This document shows positions 9,135 to 19,697 of a stretch of DNA of 64,000 bases, piece by piece (within the stretch, counting starts at the first letter, position 1; the number at the start of each line of letters is the position of its first letter). The position numbers and the translations under genes are program-made. The DNA is from Treponemataceae bacterium (GTDB lineage Bacteria > Spirochaetota > Spirochaetia > Treponematales > Rectinemataceae): positions 832,001 through 896,000 of the forward strand of contig CAXXHO010000005.1 of assembly GCA_963667725.2 (NCBI GenBank). Reading direction: 5' to 3'. A model generated the notes under the pieces. That model saw nothing but the letters and a program-made list of their open reading frames with translations, had not been told where the DNA came from and searched no databases.

Positions 9135-10214
9135 ATGAAAAAAATCGTAACATTAATGCTTCTATTGACGATCCTGTTCGTTTTTGGCTGCGCCAATCCA
9201 ATCATCGACGGAGAGACTGTCGCGCCGACGGTCAGTTCAACGCAGCCTGCCAGCGACGCCACGGCCGTCGCCAGAAATACGACCCTTACGGTGACCTTCA
9301 GCGAGGAAATGGATCCAGTGACTCTCAACGCAACATCTTTCACCTTATCGGAAGGATCGAATACGGTAGGCGGATCGGTGAGCACAACAGGCACCATCAC
9401 GAGCTTTAACCCAACATCAGACCTTGCGGCAAACACGCTCTACACGGCGACGGTTACCGTCGCGGCAACGGATCTGGCCGGCAATGCCTTGGCCGCGCAA
9501 AAGGTATGGAGCTTCACCACAGGCGGTACATCAGCCGCCGGTCCCGCGGTCGTCAATCTCGGAACGGCGCTGGATTTCGTCATTCTAGCCAAGTCAGGCA
9601 TCGCTACGATTCCGACTTCCGCCATAACCGGTAATATCGGCGTAAGCCCAATAGACCAAACGGCCATCACAGGCTTCTCGCTTGTCATGGATGCTTCGGA
9701 TACCTTTGCCACTTCATCCCAGATTACCGGAAGAGCCTACGCGGCAGACTATATTTCGCCCACTCCTTCCAAGATGACGACAGCCATCAGCGACATGGAA
9801 ACCGCCTACACCGATGCCGCGGGACGCGCGACGCCAGACTTCATCGAACTCGGCAGCGGCCAGATCGGCGGGCTCACCCTCGTTCCTGGACTCTACAAAT
9901 GGGGCACCAATGTCCTGATATCGACCGATGTCACCCTCTCGGGCAGCGCTAGCGATGTCTGGATCTTCCAGATTTCAGGCGGAATCACCCAGGCCTCAGG
10001 AATCACTGTCCACCTCGCGGGCGGCGCCCTTGCCAAAAATATTTTCTGGCAAACTTTTGGCCCAGTGGCTCTCGATACCACTGCACACTTTGAAGGCGTG
10101 ATAATCTCATCCACCGATATCACCCTGGCCACCGGGGCTTCCATCAATGGAAGGCTCCTCTCCCAGACCGCCGTCACGCTCGATTCGAGCACGGTTGTTC
10201 AGCCCGCGCTGTAA
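9135..10214 (+). CDS. Ig-like (Big_5) + DUF3494 ice-binding-like lipoprotein
   Basis: AAGGAG RBS, lipobox VFGC; DUF3494 motifs LGTA..FVILAKSGI, ITGNIGVSP, DMETAYTDAAGR, PGLYKW, VWIFQI, AKNIFWQ, GRLLSQTAVTLD. Confidence 0.93.
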   Translation: MKKIVTLMLLLTILFVFGCANPIIDGETVAPTVSSTQPASDATAVARNTTLTVTFSEEMDPVTLNATSFTLSEGSNTVGGSVSTTGTITSFNPTSDLAANTLYTATVTVAATDLAGNALAAQKVWSFTTGGTSAAGPAVVNLGTALDFVILAKSGIATIPTSAITGNIGVSPIDQTAITGFSLVMDASDTFATSSQITGRAYAADYISPTPSKMTTAISDMETAYTDAAGRATPDFIELGSGQIGGLTLVPGLYKWGTNVLISTDVTLSGSASDVWIFQISGGITQASGITVHLAGGALAKNIFWQTFGPVALDTTAHFEGVIISSTDITLATGASINGRLLSQTAVTLDSSTVVQPAL

Positions 10215-10255
10215 AAGATTATTTTTGAGTTGATGTATTAGTGCTAGAATAATTT

Positions 10256-10293
10256 GGGGCGCCTGCTGAGAATCAGCGGGCGCCCCTTTATTT
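10256..10293 (+). terminator. Intrinsic terminator
   Basis: GGGGCGCCTGCTGA-GAA-TCAGCGGGCGCCCC followed by TTTATTT. Confidence 0.7.
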
Positions 10294-10311
10294 GCCGGAA
10301 ATCGGTAGTTG

Positions 10312-11067
10312 TTATATTGCGGTGATATCAGGCAGGAGACGGATGAACTCTTCCTTCACGACTTTATAGCATTCACATACTCGGGCTTCGAGCCCTGGCC
10401 TATCCAGAACGGTGAGGCATCCACGGCTGTAACTTATCAAGCCGGCATCCTGCAATTTTCCCGCGGCCTCGGTTACGCCTTCGCGTCGCACCCCAAGCAT
10501 GTCCGCGATCAATTCCTGTGTCATATTGAGAACATTTCCGGAGAGTCTGTCCATGCTCAGCAAGAGCCAACGGCACAGTTGCTGATCGATGCTGTGGTGC
10601 CTGTTGCAGATGGCGGTCTGGGCCATCTGGGAAAGCAATGCCATTATGTACCGCATGAAAAGATGCTGCATGGCCGGATCGCGGTCGAATTCCCGTTTCA
10701 ACAGATCGCCGGGCAAGCGATAGGCGGTTCCTTCGCTCTGAACCAGCGCACGGCTCAGCATCGACGCTCCTCCCATGAACAGGGCCACACCCACGACACC
10801 TTCCCTGCCAACAACGGCGATTTCTGCGGTGGAACCGTTTTCTAGCACGTTCAGCAGCGACACGATCGCGGTGGTAGGGAAATAAATGTAATGAGATTTG
10901 CCGCCCGCCTCGCTGATAGTCTCTCCCAGGGCGAGCTGTACGCGTTCAAGGTGGGGCAGGACTCTTTGATACTCAAGCTCGGGAAGGGCCGCGAGCAGAT
11001 GGTTTTGACGAGGATTGGGAGCGTAGGGCGGGCTCGATAAAATGGCCAAAAAACCCCTCCTTGCCAT
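10312..11067 (-). CDS. Crp/Fnr family transcriptional regulator
   Basis: cNMP-like domain (IYFPTTAIVS, VGREGVVG) and HTH TQELIADMLGVRREGVTEAAGKLQ. Confidence 0.93.
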   Translation of the reverse strand: MARRGFLAILSSPPYAPNPRQNHLLAALPELEYQRVLPHLERVQLALGETISEAGGKSHYIYFPTTAIVSLLNVLENGSTAEIAVVGREGVVGVALFMGGASMLSRALVQSEGTAYRLPGDLLKREFDRDPAMQHLFMRYIMALLSQMAQTAICNRHHSIDQQLCRWLLLSMDRLSGNVLNMTQELIADMLGVRREGVTEAAGKLQDAGLISYSRGCLTVLDRPGLEARVCECYKVVKEEFIRLLPDITAI

Positions 11068-11150
11068 TTATTTCATTTATTGGACAATATTTTCGCAAGT
11101 CAGAGCAAAGATGTCAATATATAAAAAATAAGGACTCGTCGACAACGCTA

Positions 11151-11166
11151 TGTGCGCTACCGCACA
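11151..11166. promoter_or_regulatory. Crp/Fnr-like palindromic site
   Basis: TGTGCG-CTAC-CGCACA between the divergent Crp/Fnr and hybrid kinase genes. Confidence 0.7.
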
Positions 11167-11210
11167 GATGGGCGCTCTTTTCGTCGATAGCCTCAACTGG
11201 ATGAAGGAGG

Positions 11211-12740
11211 ATGCTCTTGAACCAGCTCCTGCGTATTCTCATAATCGATGATTCGGAAGACGATGCCAACCTTATACAGCAAGCACTCCAAATCGGCGGC
11301 TATGATGCGATTTCCGAAATTGTCGATTCTTCAGAGGATATGCTTGTCGCCTTGCAGCATCAGAATTGGGATGTCATTACATCCGACCATGGTATGCCCC
11401 ATTTCAGCGCTCCGGTGGCGCTTAAGATCGCCACGGAAAGATGCCCTCTCGTGCCATTCATCATCGTTTCAGGGGAAATCGACCTCAATCTTGCCGTATC
11501 CCTCATGAGAACTGGCGCCAAAGACTACATCACAAAAACGGAGCTATCCCGATTGGTTCCGGTGATCGAGCGCGAACTCCACGAAGTAAAACTGCGCAAG
11601 GAAATCCAGAAGATAGAGAGCGCCCTAAAGCGCTCGGAAACCCGTTACCGGCGGCTCTTCGAGACCGCCGAGGACGGGATATTGATACTCGACGCGATAA
11701 CGGGCCAAATCCTCGACGTAAACCCTTTCCTCATCAAGATATTAGGATATTCCAAGGATGATTTTCTGGGAAAGATGCTTTGGAATCTTGGCTTTTTCCA
11801 CGACGAGGAAGAGTCGAAAAAAGCTTTTGCCGAACTACAGGAAAAAGGCTACATCCGTTACGAAAACCTTCCCCTGGAAACAAGCAGCGGGAAAAAGATA
11901 TCCGTCGAGTTCGTCAGCAATACCTATATGGTCAACGATATGAAGGTTGCCCAATGCAACATACGCGACATATCCGAACATCTGAAAGACGAAAAGGAAA
12001 TCAACAAGCTCAATTCGGAATTGGAGCAGCGCGTAAGGGAACGAACCCAGCAGCTAGAAGCCCTCAACAAAGAACTCGAAGCCTTCGGCTATTCCGTATC
12101 CCACGATCTGCGCGCCCCGCTGCGGCGCATCATGATGTATACGACGGCCCTGAAGGAAGACATCAAGACCAAGCAATGCGCCGGAAGCGGCGAGCTAATT
12201 GAAAAAATCAACAGCAACACGCAGAGGATGGACAAGCTCATCGGCGCTTTGCTGGACCTTTCGCACTTAACGCGTCAACCCTTAAAACATAATACTGTGG
12301 ATTTGAGCGGCCTCGCCCACAGCATAGCCAACGAACTGACGCAGAGCCAACCCGATCGCAACGTCGTCTTTATCATCGCCGATGGAATAAAAGTCAACGG
12401 AGACAGCCAACTGCTGCGCAGCGTAATGGAGAACCTCCTGGGCAATTCCTGGAAATACACTTCCAAGAAGGCCACCGCCACCATTCAGTTTGGCGTAACG
12501 CAGCATGCCTCAGGCGGCGATGTCTATTTCGTGAAGGATGACGGCGCCGGTTTTGACATGGCCTATGCCAACAAGCTGTTCGGAGCTTTCCAGCGATTGC
12601 ATAGCGAAAAGGAATTCCCCGGGATCGGCATCGGGCTGGCGACCGTTCAGAGAATAATCAACAGTCACAAGGGGCAAGTCTGGGCCGAGAGCGTCATGGG
12701 AGAAAGCACCATATTCCGCTTTACGCTCGGAAAAGAATAG
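11211..12740 (+). CDS. Hybrid sensor histidine kinase (REC-PAS-HisKA-HATPase)
   Basis: N-terminal receiver (ILIIDD, SDHGMP, K), PAS (RYRRLFE...NIRDI), H-box SVSHDLRAPL, N/G boxes NLLGNSWKY, DDGAGF, GIGIGL. Confidence 0.92.
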   Translation: MLLNQLLRILIIDDSEDDANLIQQALQIGGYDAISEIVDSSEDMLVALQHQNWDVITSDHGMPHFSAPVALKIATERCPLVPFIIVSGEIDLNLAVSLMRTGAKDYITKTELSRLVPVIERELHEVKLRKEIQKIESALKRSETRYRRLFETAEDGILILDAITGQILDVNPFLIKILGYSKDDFLGKMLWNLGFFHDEEESKKAFAELQEKGYIRYENLPLETSSGKKISVEFVSNTYMVNDMKVAQCNIRDISEHLKDEKEINKLNSELEQRVRERTQQLEALNKELEAFGYSVSHDLRAPLRRIMMYTTALKEDIKTKQCAGSGELIEKINSNTQRMDKLIGALLDLSHLTRQPLKHNTVDLSGLAHSIANELTQSQPDRNVVFIIADGIKVNGDSQLLRSVMENLLGNSWKYTSKKATATIQFGVTQHASGGDVYFVKDDGAGFDMAYANKLFGAFQRLHSEKEFPGIGIGLATVQRIINSHKGQVWAESVMGESTIFRFTLGKE

Positions 12741-12841
12741 AAAGCCGGCCTCGCGCGGCTTCGGAATTCCATTGCGATCGCTCAAGAAGATCGGTACAAT
12801 TCCTTGAGATATGCCATTGACGGCATGCGCAAGGAGTCTCG

Positions 12842-14257
12842 ATGATCCAACGACCGCACAGTATCTTCCTGGCGGGAGAAAAGCCCCGCCTTGTCGAAAT
12901 AATCCAAAACCTCGCTCCGGAATTCGACTACATCAGCGTACTGGGAACCGACGACCGCGGGTTGTCCTATTACGCGACGCCCGGAGAAACCCGGACCGCG
13001 GAACCCATGTGGGTCCAGCGCGGTTTCGTGTTCAGGGCGCAGGACGAAGGCAAGGTTGTCGAATACGCCTGCCCGCTCCTTCCGGGCAAGGAACCGGCCG
13101 AATCGGCTGAGATCGTGTCGAAGGAGCTCAGGAAACTGCTCGATGGGGAAAGCGCCCTGCGCTATCCGCCCATTCCCGACGAAGCCCTCGTCGAGGAATT
13201 CCACGGCTCCATCGAGGAAGACCCCTTCGCCGCCGATCCCGAGGCTGTATTGTCCCGCCTTGCGGCGATACGGGAAAAGCTTACCGACGGCAAGATCGTC
13301 GTGATGGCCCAGTCCCGTTACGAATTCGTCGACGTATCCAGGATCTTCATTTCGCCCCGCCGCTCCCTTTTCCAGAGTTTTGCCTGGTCCCAGGCCTATC
13401 TCTTCGGCGTCGCGCGCAAAGGCCAGAGCTCCAAGATGTCCTATCGCCCCGTTTCGGGCAGAAAGGGTCTGGAAATTCTCAACGAGCTGGAAGGCAAAGC
13501 GCCGGAACTCACCGCTGAGTTGGCCTCCCTCCTCGATGCCGTCAGAATCGAGCCGGGTGAATATCAGGTCATCCTCGATTCCGACATGACGGGCACCCTA
13601 GCGCACGAAGCCTTCGGTCACGGCGTCGAAACCGACATGTTCCTCAAGGGCAGGGCGAAAGCCGTCGAATACCTCGGCAAGCGCGTCGGTTCTGATCTCG
13701 TGACGATGTACGACGGCGCGGACGGCGTCGATCAGTGCGGCTCCTTCCTCTTCGATGACGAGGGAACCAAGGCCACGAAGACGAAAATCATCGACAAAGG
13801 CATTCTTCTCGGAGGCATCTCGGACGCGCTCTCGGCCCTCACCCTCGGCATCCCCCTGACCGGAAACGGCCGGCGCGAGGCATTTTCCCACAAGGCATAC
13901 GCCAGGATGACGAATACATATTTCGCGCCGGGCTCATCGAAGCTCCAGGACATGATTTCTTCCGTCAAAAAAGGATGGATGCTCTCCCGGCTCACCTCGG
14001 GCATGGAAGATCCCCGCAATTGGGGCATACAGCTTCTCTGCCTAGTCGGCAGGGAAATCGTCGACGGCAAGTTCACCGGAAAGGTGGCGAGTCCTGTCGT
14101 CTGCTCGGGCTACGTCCCCGATGTCCTCCAGGCCATCGACATGGTTTCCGACGATTTCGAGCTCGCCGGTTCGGGGGCATGCGGCAAGGGACACAAGGAA
14201 TTGGCGAAGGTTTCTTCCGGCGGCCCCTGCGTCAGGACAAAGATGAGGTTGGGATGA
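12842..14257 (+). CDS. tldD: TldD family metalloprotease
   Basis: HEAFGH, FDDEG, GNGRRE, RMTNTY, CGKG. Confidence 0.88.
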   Translation: MIQRPHSIFLAGEKPRLVEIIQNLAPEFDYISVLGTDDRGLSYYATPGETRTAEPMWVQRGFVFRAQDEGKVVEYACPLLPGKEPAESAEIVSKELRKLLDGESALRYPPIPDEALVEEFHGSIEEDPFAADPEAVLSRLAAIREKLTDGKIVVMAQSRYEFVDVSRIFISPRRSLFQSFAWSQAYLFGVARKGQSSKMSYRPVSGRKGLEILNELEGKAPELTAELASLLDAVRIEPGEYQVILDSDMTGTLAHEAFGHGVETDMFLKGRAKAVEYLGKRVGSDLVTMYDGADGVDQCGSFLFDDEGTKATKTKIIDKGILLGGISDALSALTLGIPLTGNGRREAFSHKAYARMTNTYFAPGSSKLQDMISSVKKGWMLSRLTSGMEDPRNWGIQLLCLVGREIVDGKFTGKVASPVVCSGYVPDVLQAIDMVSDDFELAGSGACGKGHKELAKVSSGGPCVRTKMRLG

Positions 14258-15645
14258 TGAAAGACACAATAATCGCGGCGATAGGGAAAATAAATTCGGG
14301 CAAGGGGCCGAAGGTGGCCGACTGGCGGCTGATCGGCACGGAAATCTCGCGTGGCGAGAGGTATTTCATCAAGACGGGCACCGAACTGTCCAGGACCGTC
14401 GAGGAAACGCGGTATTCGCTCACGGTCTATGTGGACGCCGAGGTTTCGGGAAAAAAGGTAAGGGGAGACGCCACCGTCACGATCCAGCCCAGCCACGGGG
14501 AAGCGGAAATCGAGGCGAAAATTCTCCAGGCGGTCTTTGCCGCTTCCAAATCGAAAAACGCGTGGTTCGACCTGCCCGGTCCCTCAGCGCCCAAGGTTGT
14601 CCTACCCGCTTCGGGGTTCGACGGGCTGGACGGGCAAAACCGGATGAAATCCGTCCGGGACGCCCTGTACGCCCCCGAGGCTGAAATCGCGGCGGCCGGT
14701 GCGGCGGCGGCCGCCGCGGCAGAACCCAACGCGACGGCCGGGCTTCCCCGCGTCAACGCCCTCGAGATATTCCTTTCCCGCGAGGATAAGGTCTTCTCCA
14801 ACTCCAAAGGCCAGGAATTCCGGACCTCCGCTTGGAGAGGATACTCCGAATTCGTCGTCGAGGCTGATTCCCGAAAGGGGATGGTCGAGCTTTTCGACGA
14901 TATAGAGTTTTCCGATCCAGATGCCGGACGCCTTTCCGAGGCCACGCGATCCAGGCTTGTCCAGGTAAGGGACAGGGCGCTCGCGGCCCCTATGGGAGCC
15001 CTGAAAGATCTCCCCGTCATTCTCTCGGGCAGGGAAGCGGAAGAGGTTTTTGCCTGGTTTTTCGGAAATTCCACGACGAGCGCTATCTTCACCAAATCTT
15101 CGTCTTTCGTTCAGGGAGCCAATGTCCAGCAGGCCGAAGGAAGCGAAAAAGTCGAGGATCCCCTCGACCTATGGGCCGAACCTTTCATCCAGGGACTCCC
15201 GGCCTCTTCTGCCTTCGACGCGGACGGTTTCCCCCTCGAACGCTGCGCCGTCATCGAAGGCGGCTATCTCAAAACCCTTGTCGGCGCCATTCGCTATGCC
15301 GACTGGCTGGGCGTGGAGCGAAAAGGCTCGTTCCCGCTGTTCTCCGTATCGCCGGGTTCCATGAGCATGGCGGACATGCTCGCGAAGCCCCACCTGGCGC
15401 CCGTCATGTTCTCGGACTTCAGGCTCGATTCGGTCACGGGCGACTTCGGCGCCGAAATCAGGCTCGCCTATTGGTTTGACGGAAAAAAGCGCGTTCCAGT
15501 GACCGGCGGATCAATTTCGGGGTCGGTGTCCGAACTTCGATCCACCATGAGACGTTCCTCGGAACGAGCGCTCGCCTCCCGCTCTCTCTGCCCCAAGGCA
15601 TTGCTGCTGAAAGGCGTTTCGATCACGGGAGCGGCTTTTTTATAA
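14254..15645 (+). CDS. pmbA: PmbA/TldE family partner subunit
   Basis: Overlaps tldD stop (ATGA); FDADG, TGDFG, PVTGGSISG; lacks HExxxH. Confidence 0.8.
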   Translation: MMKDTIIAAIGKINSGKGPKVADWRLIGTEISRGERYFIKTGTELSRTVEETRYSLTVYVDAEVSGKKVRGDATVTIQPSHGEAEIEAKILQAVFAASKSKNAWFDLPGPSAPKVVLPASGFDGLDGQNRMKSVRDALYAPEAEIAAAGAAAAAAAEPNATAGLPRVNALEIFLSREDKVFSNSKGQEFRTSAWRGYSEFVVEADSRKGMVELFDDIEFSDPDAGRLSEATRSRLVQVRDRALAAPMGALKDLPVILSGREAEEVFAWFFGNSTTSAIFTKSSSFVQGANVQQAEGSEKVEDPLDLWAEPFIQGLPASSAFDADGFPLERCAVIEGGYLKTLVGAIRYADWLGVERKGSFPLFSVSPGSMSMADMLAKPHLAPVMFSDFRLDSVTGDFGAEIRLAYWFDGKKRVPVTGGSISGSVSELRSTMRRSSERALASRSLCPKALLLKGVSITGAAFL

Positions 15646-15674
15646 AATCTGCGCGTTACTGAACATTTTTCGGA

Positions 15675-16862
<1,188 letters not shown>

Positions 16863-17067
16863 AATACCCTCTTTAGCAAGAATTTTTTACCCGCCCGCAA
16901 TTTGGAGAACTCGGCGGGACCATCCCGAATCGGAAAACTTCCTTCGGAAAGGCTTTAGCGGGAGTTTATTGTTTCAGGCGCAAAGAGTCAACATCGGCGG
17001 CCCATGCCGGCCGCTGGAAATGCCGAAGATATTTCATTGAGGGGTCAAACATTCCGATACTGATACC

Positions 17068-18168
17068 ATGGTCAGGAAGCGCTTCCGCGGCATCGGTTCC
17101 GCGTTCACCTTCATTCTCGTCATTCTCTGCGCGGCGCTCTTTCGCCCCGTTCCCGCCGGCGCCGACGCGGGGGATATCCCCCTGCCGACTCTGACACCCT
17201 CGCGCACGAGGAATTCCATACTCGTCGCGGCCGAGCGCCACCTCGGCACTCCCTATGTTTACGGAGGAGAAAGCGTAGGGGGCGTCGACTGTTCGGGATT
17301 CGTGTTTCTCGTTTTCCGGGAAGCCACGGGCCATTCCATACCGCGAACCGTTATCGAACAGGGCCGCTGGGCGATGATCATACCTAAAAGGGAACTCAAG
17401 CCCGGCGATCTCGTCTTTTTCAGCCTCAGCCCGGGTTCCCCAACCTCCAAAACCAAACTCTTCGCCACGACCGCCGATGGAACGAAGGCCCTCGCGAGCG
17501 CGGCCGATCACGTGGGCATCTACGCCGGAGACGGGATGTTCATGCACGCGGCGAGCGCCGGCGCGAAGACCGGCGTCATAAGGAACTCTCTTTCCGAGCC
17601 TTCGTGGGCAAGACGCTTCCTCTTCGCGGGAAGAATCGTGCCCGCGTCGGCGCTCTCCGGAATGGCCCTCGACTGGGGCGTATCGGCCAGCTTCGACGCC
17701 GAAATTCCCGAAGGCACAAGCCTGGAAGGCCTCGGCTTCCGCGGCGCAGGCCTGAGGGTTGCCGTCACCTATCCCCTGTTCAACAATTTTTCCATCGGCC
17801 TTCAGGGCCGCATCGAATGGGACAGCCTTCTGGATACGGTCAGGCTGCCGCTGGAACTCCTCGTCGGCCAGAACCAGGGCTTCTCGATCTTCGCTGGCCC
17901 AGCCCTCACCCTGGGATCGCCCTCCCTCCCGGCCTCGGAAAACGGCACGGCGCGCGACTATGAAGCGGTCAACGGCTGGCTGGTTTCGGCGGGCATACGC
18001 TGGTCCCCGCAGCTGATCCGCTCTGGGGCTTCCAGCGCGGGACTCTTCGCGGAGCTCCGCTTCAACCGCTACCTGCCTCTGTCCGGCCAGGCCGCCGATC
18101 TGGCGGCCGACCGCCGCGCGACCATAAGCCTGGGCCTTGGTCTTCGTTTCCGCTCCGTAGGGTATTAA
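17068..18168 (+). CDS. NlpC/P60 (C40) peptidase with C-terminal beta-strand-rich domain
   Basis: Signal peptide; LGTPYVYGG, GVDCSG, PGDLVFF, HVGIY, MHA. Confidence 0.88.
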   Translation: MVRKRFRGIGSAFTFILVILCAALFRPVPAGADAGDIPLPTLTPSRTRNSILVAAERHLGTPYVYGGESVGGVDCSGFVFLVFREATGHSIPRTVIEQGRWAMIIPKRELKPGDLVFFSLSPGSPTSKTKLFATTADGTKALASAADHVGIYAGDGMFMHAASAGAKTGVIRNSLSEPSWARRFLFAGRIVPASALSGMALDWGVSASFDAEIPEGTSLEGLGFRGAGLRVAVTYPLFNNFSIGLQGRIEWDSLLDTVRLPLELLVGQNQGFSIFAGPALTLGSPSLPASENGTARDYEAVNGWLVSAGIRWSPQLIRSGASSAGLFAELRFNRYLPLSGQAADLAADRRATISLGLGLRFRSVGY

Positions 18169-18190
18169 AACATTCATGATACTGAACAAA

Positions 18191-18232
18191 AAAGGCGGTT
18201 ATCGAGAGGATAAGCTCTCGATAACCGCCTTT
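18191..18232. terminator. Bidirectional terminator, 18-bp stem
   Basis: AAAGGCGGTTATCGAGAG-GATAAG-CTCTCGATAACCGCCTTT between convergent genes. Confidence 0.8.
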
Positions 18233-18271
18233 CTGGCACGGAACCAGGCTCTATTCAGAGCAGCCTGAGGT

Positions 18272-19111
18272 TTAGGCCATTACCGGCACCTTTTTCTTCT
18301 CGCCCATCACATCCGTCTCGAGAAGCTTGTAGGCATGCGTCGGGCACTTCTGGACGCAGACGCCGCAGGAGGTGCACTTCGAATAATCGGTGACGGGGAT
18401 GCCGTTCACCATCGTTATGCACTTCTCGGGGCAGCTCTTCACGCAGATTTCGCACTTGATGCAGCCCGTCTTGCAGGTCTTCATCACGTTCGCCTTCACC
18501 ACGTTCCTGTTGGAGCAGAGGACGATTGAGCCCTTCTTGCCGCGCGGCACCAGGGCAAAAAGCTTCTGGGGACACTCGGCGACGCACATGCCGCAGCCGG
18601 TGCAATTGTCGTAGTTCACGTGGGGCAGGCCGTCCTCGCCCATCTCGAGCGCGTCGAACTTGCAGACTCTCGTGCAGTCTCCCAAGCCCTGGCAGCCCCA
18701 GGCGCAGGCCTTTACGCTTCCGGTCGAAAGCTTGGCGGCCCGGCAGGTCTTGATGCCGATGTAGTCGCCCTTCGAAACGGCGAGATCCTTCGTCCCCTGG
18801 CAGAGCAGGACGGTGACGACATCCTCAGCCGCCGCGTTGACGCCCATGATCTGGGACACTGCTTCCGCGGTTGAGGCGCCGCCGGCCGAACACTTCGTCG
18901 TCGGCGCGCGGCCGGTGGCCACAGCCTCGGCGTAACCATCGCAGCCCGGGAATCCACAGCCGCCGCAGTTGGCGCCCGGCAGGGCCGCGCGCACCTCGTC
19001 GATCTTCGGGTCCCGTTCCACCTTGAATTTCTGCTGGAAGAAGCCCAAGGCGATGCCCAGCACAAAGGCAAGGATCGCCGCGAAAACAATCGTTATCAGA
19101 ATGACTGTCAT
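18272..19111 (-). CDS. rnfB: Rnf complex subunit B
   Basis: LPGANCGGCGFPGC plus several CxxCxxCxxxCP motifs. Confidence 0.95.
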   Translation of the reverse strand: MTVILITIVFAAILAFVLGIALGFFQQKFKVERDPKIDEVRAALPGANCGGCGFPGCDGYAEAVATGRAPTTKCSAGGASTAEAVSQIMGVNAAAEDVVTVLLCQGTKDLAVSKGDYIGIKTCRAAKLSTGSVKACAWGCQGLGDCTRVCKFDALEMGEDGLPHVNYDNCTGCGMCVAECPQKLFALVPRGKKGSIVLCSNRNVVKANVMKTCKTGCIKCEICVKSCPEKCITMVNGIPVTDYSKCTSCGVCVQKCPTHAYKLLETDVMGEKKKVPVMA

Positions 19112-19121
19112 TTTCCTTCCC

Positions 19122-19697
19122 CTATTTGATGAGCCCGGAGAAGCCCATGAAAGCCACGCCCAGGAGACTCGAAGCGATGAAGAGAATAGGCGTTCCCTGG
19201 AGGAACTTAGGTACCGGACTCGTCTTCATCCTGTCGCGTACGCCTGCCAGCAGCACCATGGCGAGCAGATATCCAAGCGATACGCCGATGGCGTACACGA
19301 TGGACTGTATGAAGCTGTAGTGGTTGTCGATGTTCTCGAAGGTCACGGCGAGGATGGCGCAGTTGGTCGTGATCAGCGGAAGGTAGATGCCCATGGCCGC
19401 GTAAAGGCCGGGAATATTCTTCTTCAGGTAGAATTCGACCAGCTGTACAAGGCTCGCGATGACAAGGATGAACACGAGAATCTTGAGGAAGGTGAGGTTG
19501 AGGGGCAAGAGGACAAAATGGTACAGCGGCCATGTCGCGGCGGTAGCAAGCACCGTCACGAACGTTACCGCGAAGCCCATACCCACCGACTGGCCCACAT
19601 CATTCGTCATGCCCACATAGGAACAGAGCGCCAGGAAGCGCATAAGCACGACGTTGTTAACGAGAAGGGCTACGAGGAATATTTTCATCATATCCAT
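19122..19697 (-). CDS. rnfA: Rnf complex subunit A
   Basis: NNVVL..FLALC, GIYLPLITTNC. Confidence 0.95.
   Translation of the reverse strand: MDMMKIFLVALLVNNVVLMRFLALCSYVGMTNDVGQSVGMGFAVTFVTVLATAATWPLYHFVLLPLNLTFLKILVFILVIASLVQLVEFYLKKNIPGLYAAMGIYLPLITTNCAILAVTFENIDNHYSFIQSIVYAIGVSLGYLLAMVLLAGVRDRMKTSPVPKFLQGTPILFIASSLLGVAFMGFSGLIK

Noticed and set aside
18235..18250. Second sigma54 promoter (TGGCACG)
   Set aside because: Lacks the TTGC -12 element and sits between convergent gene ends
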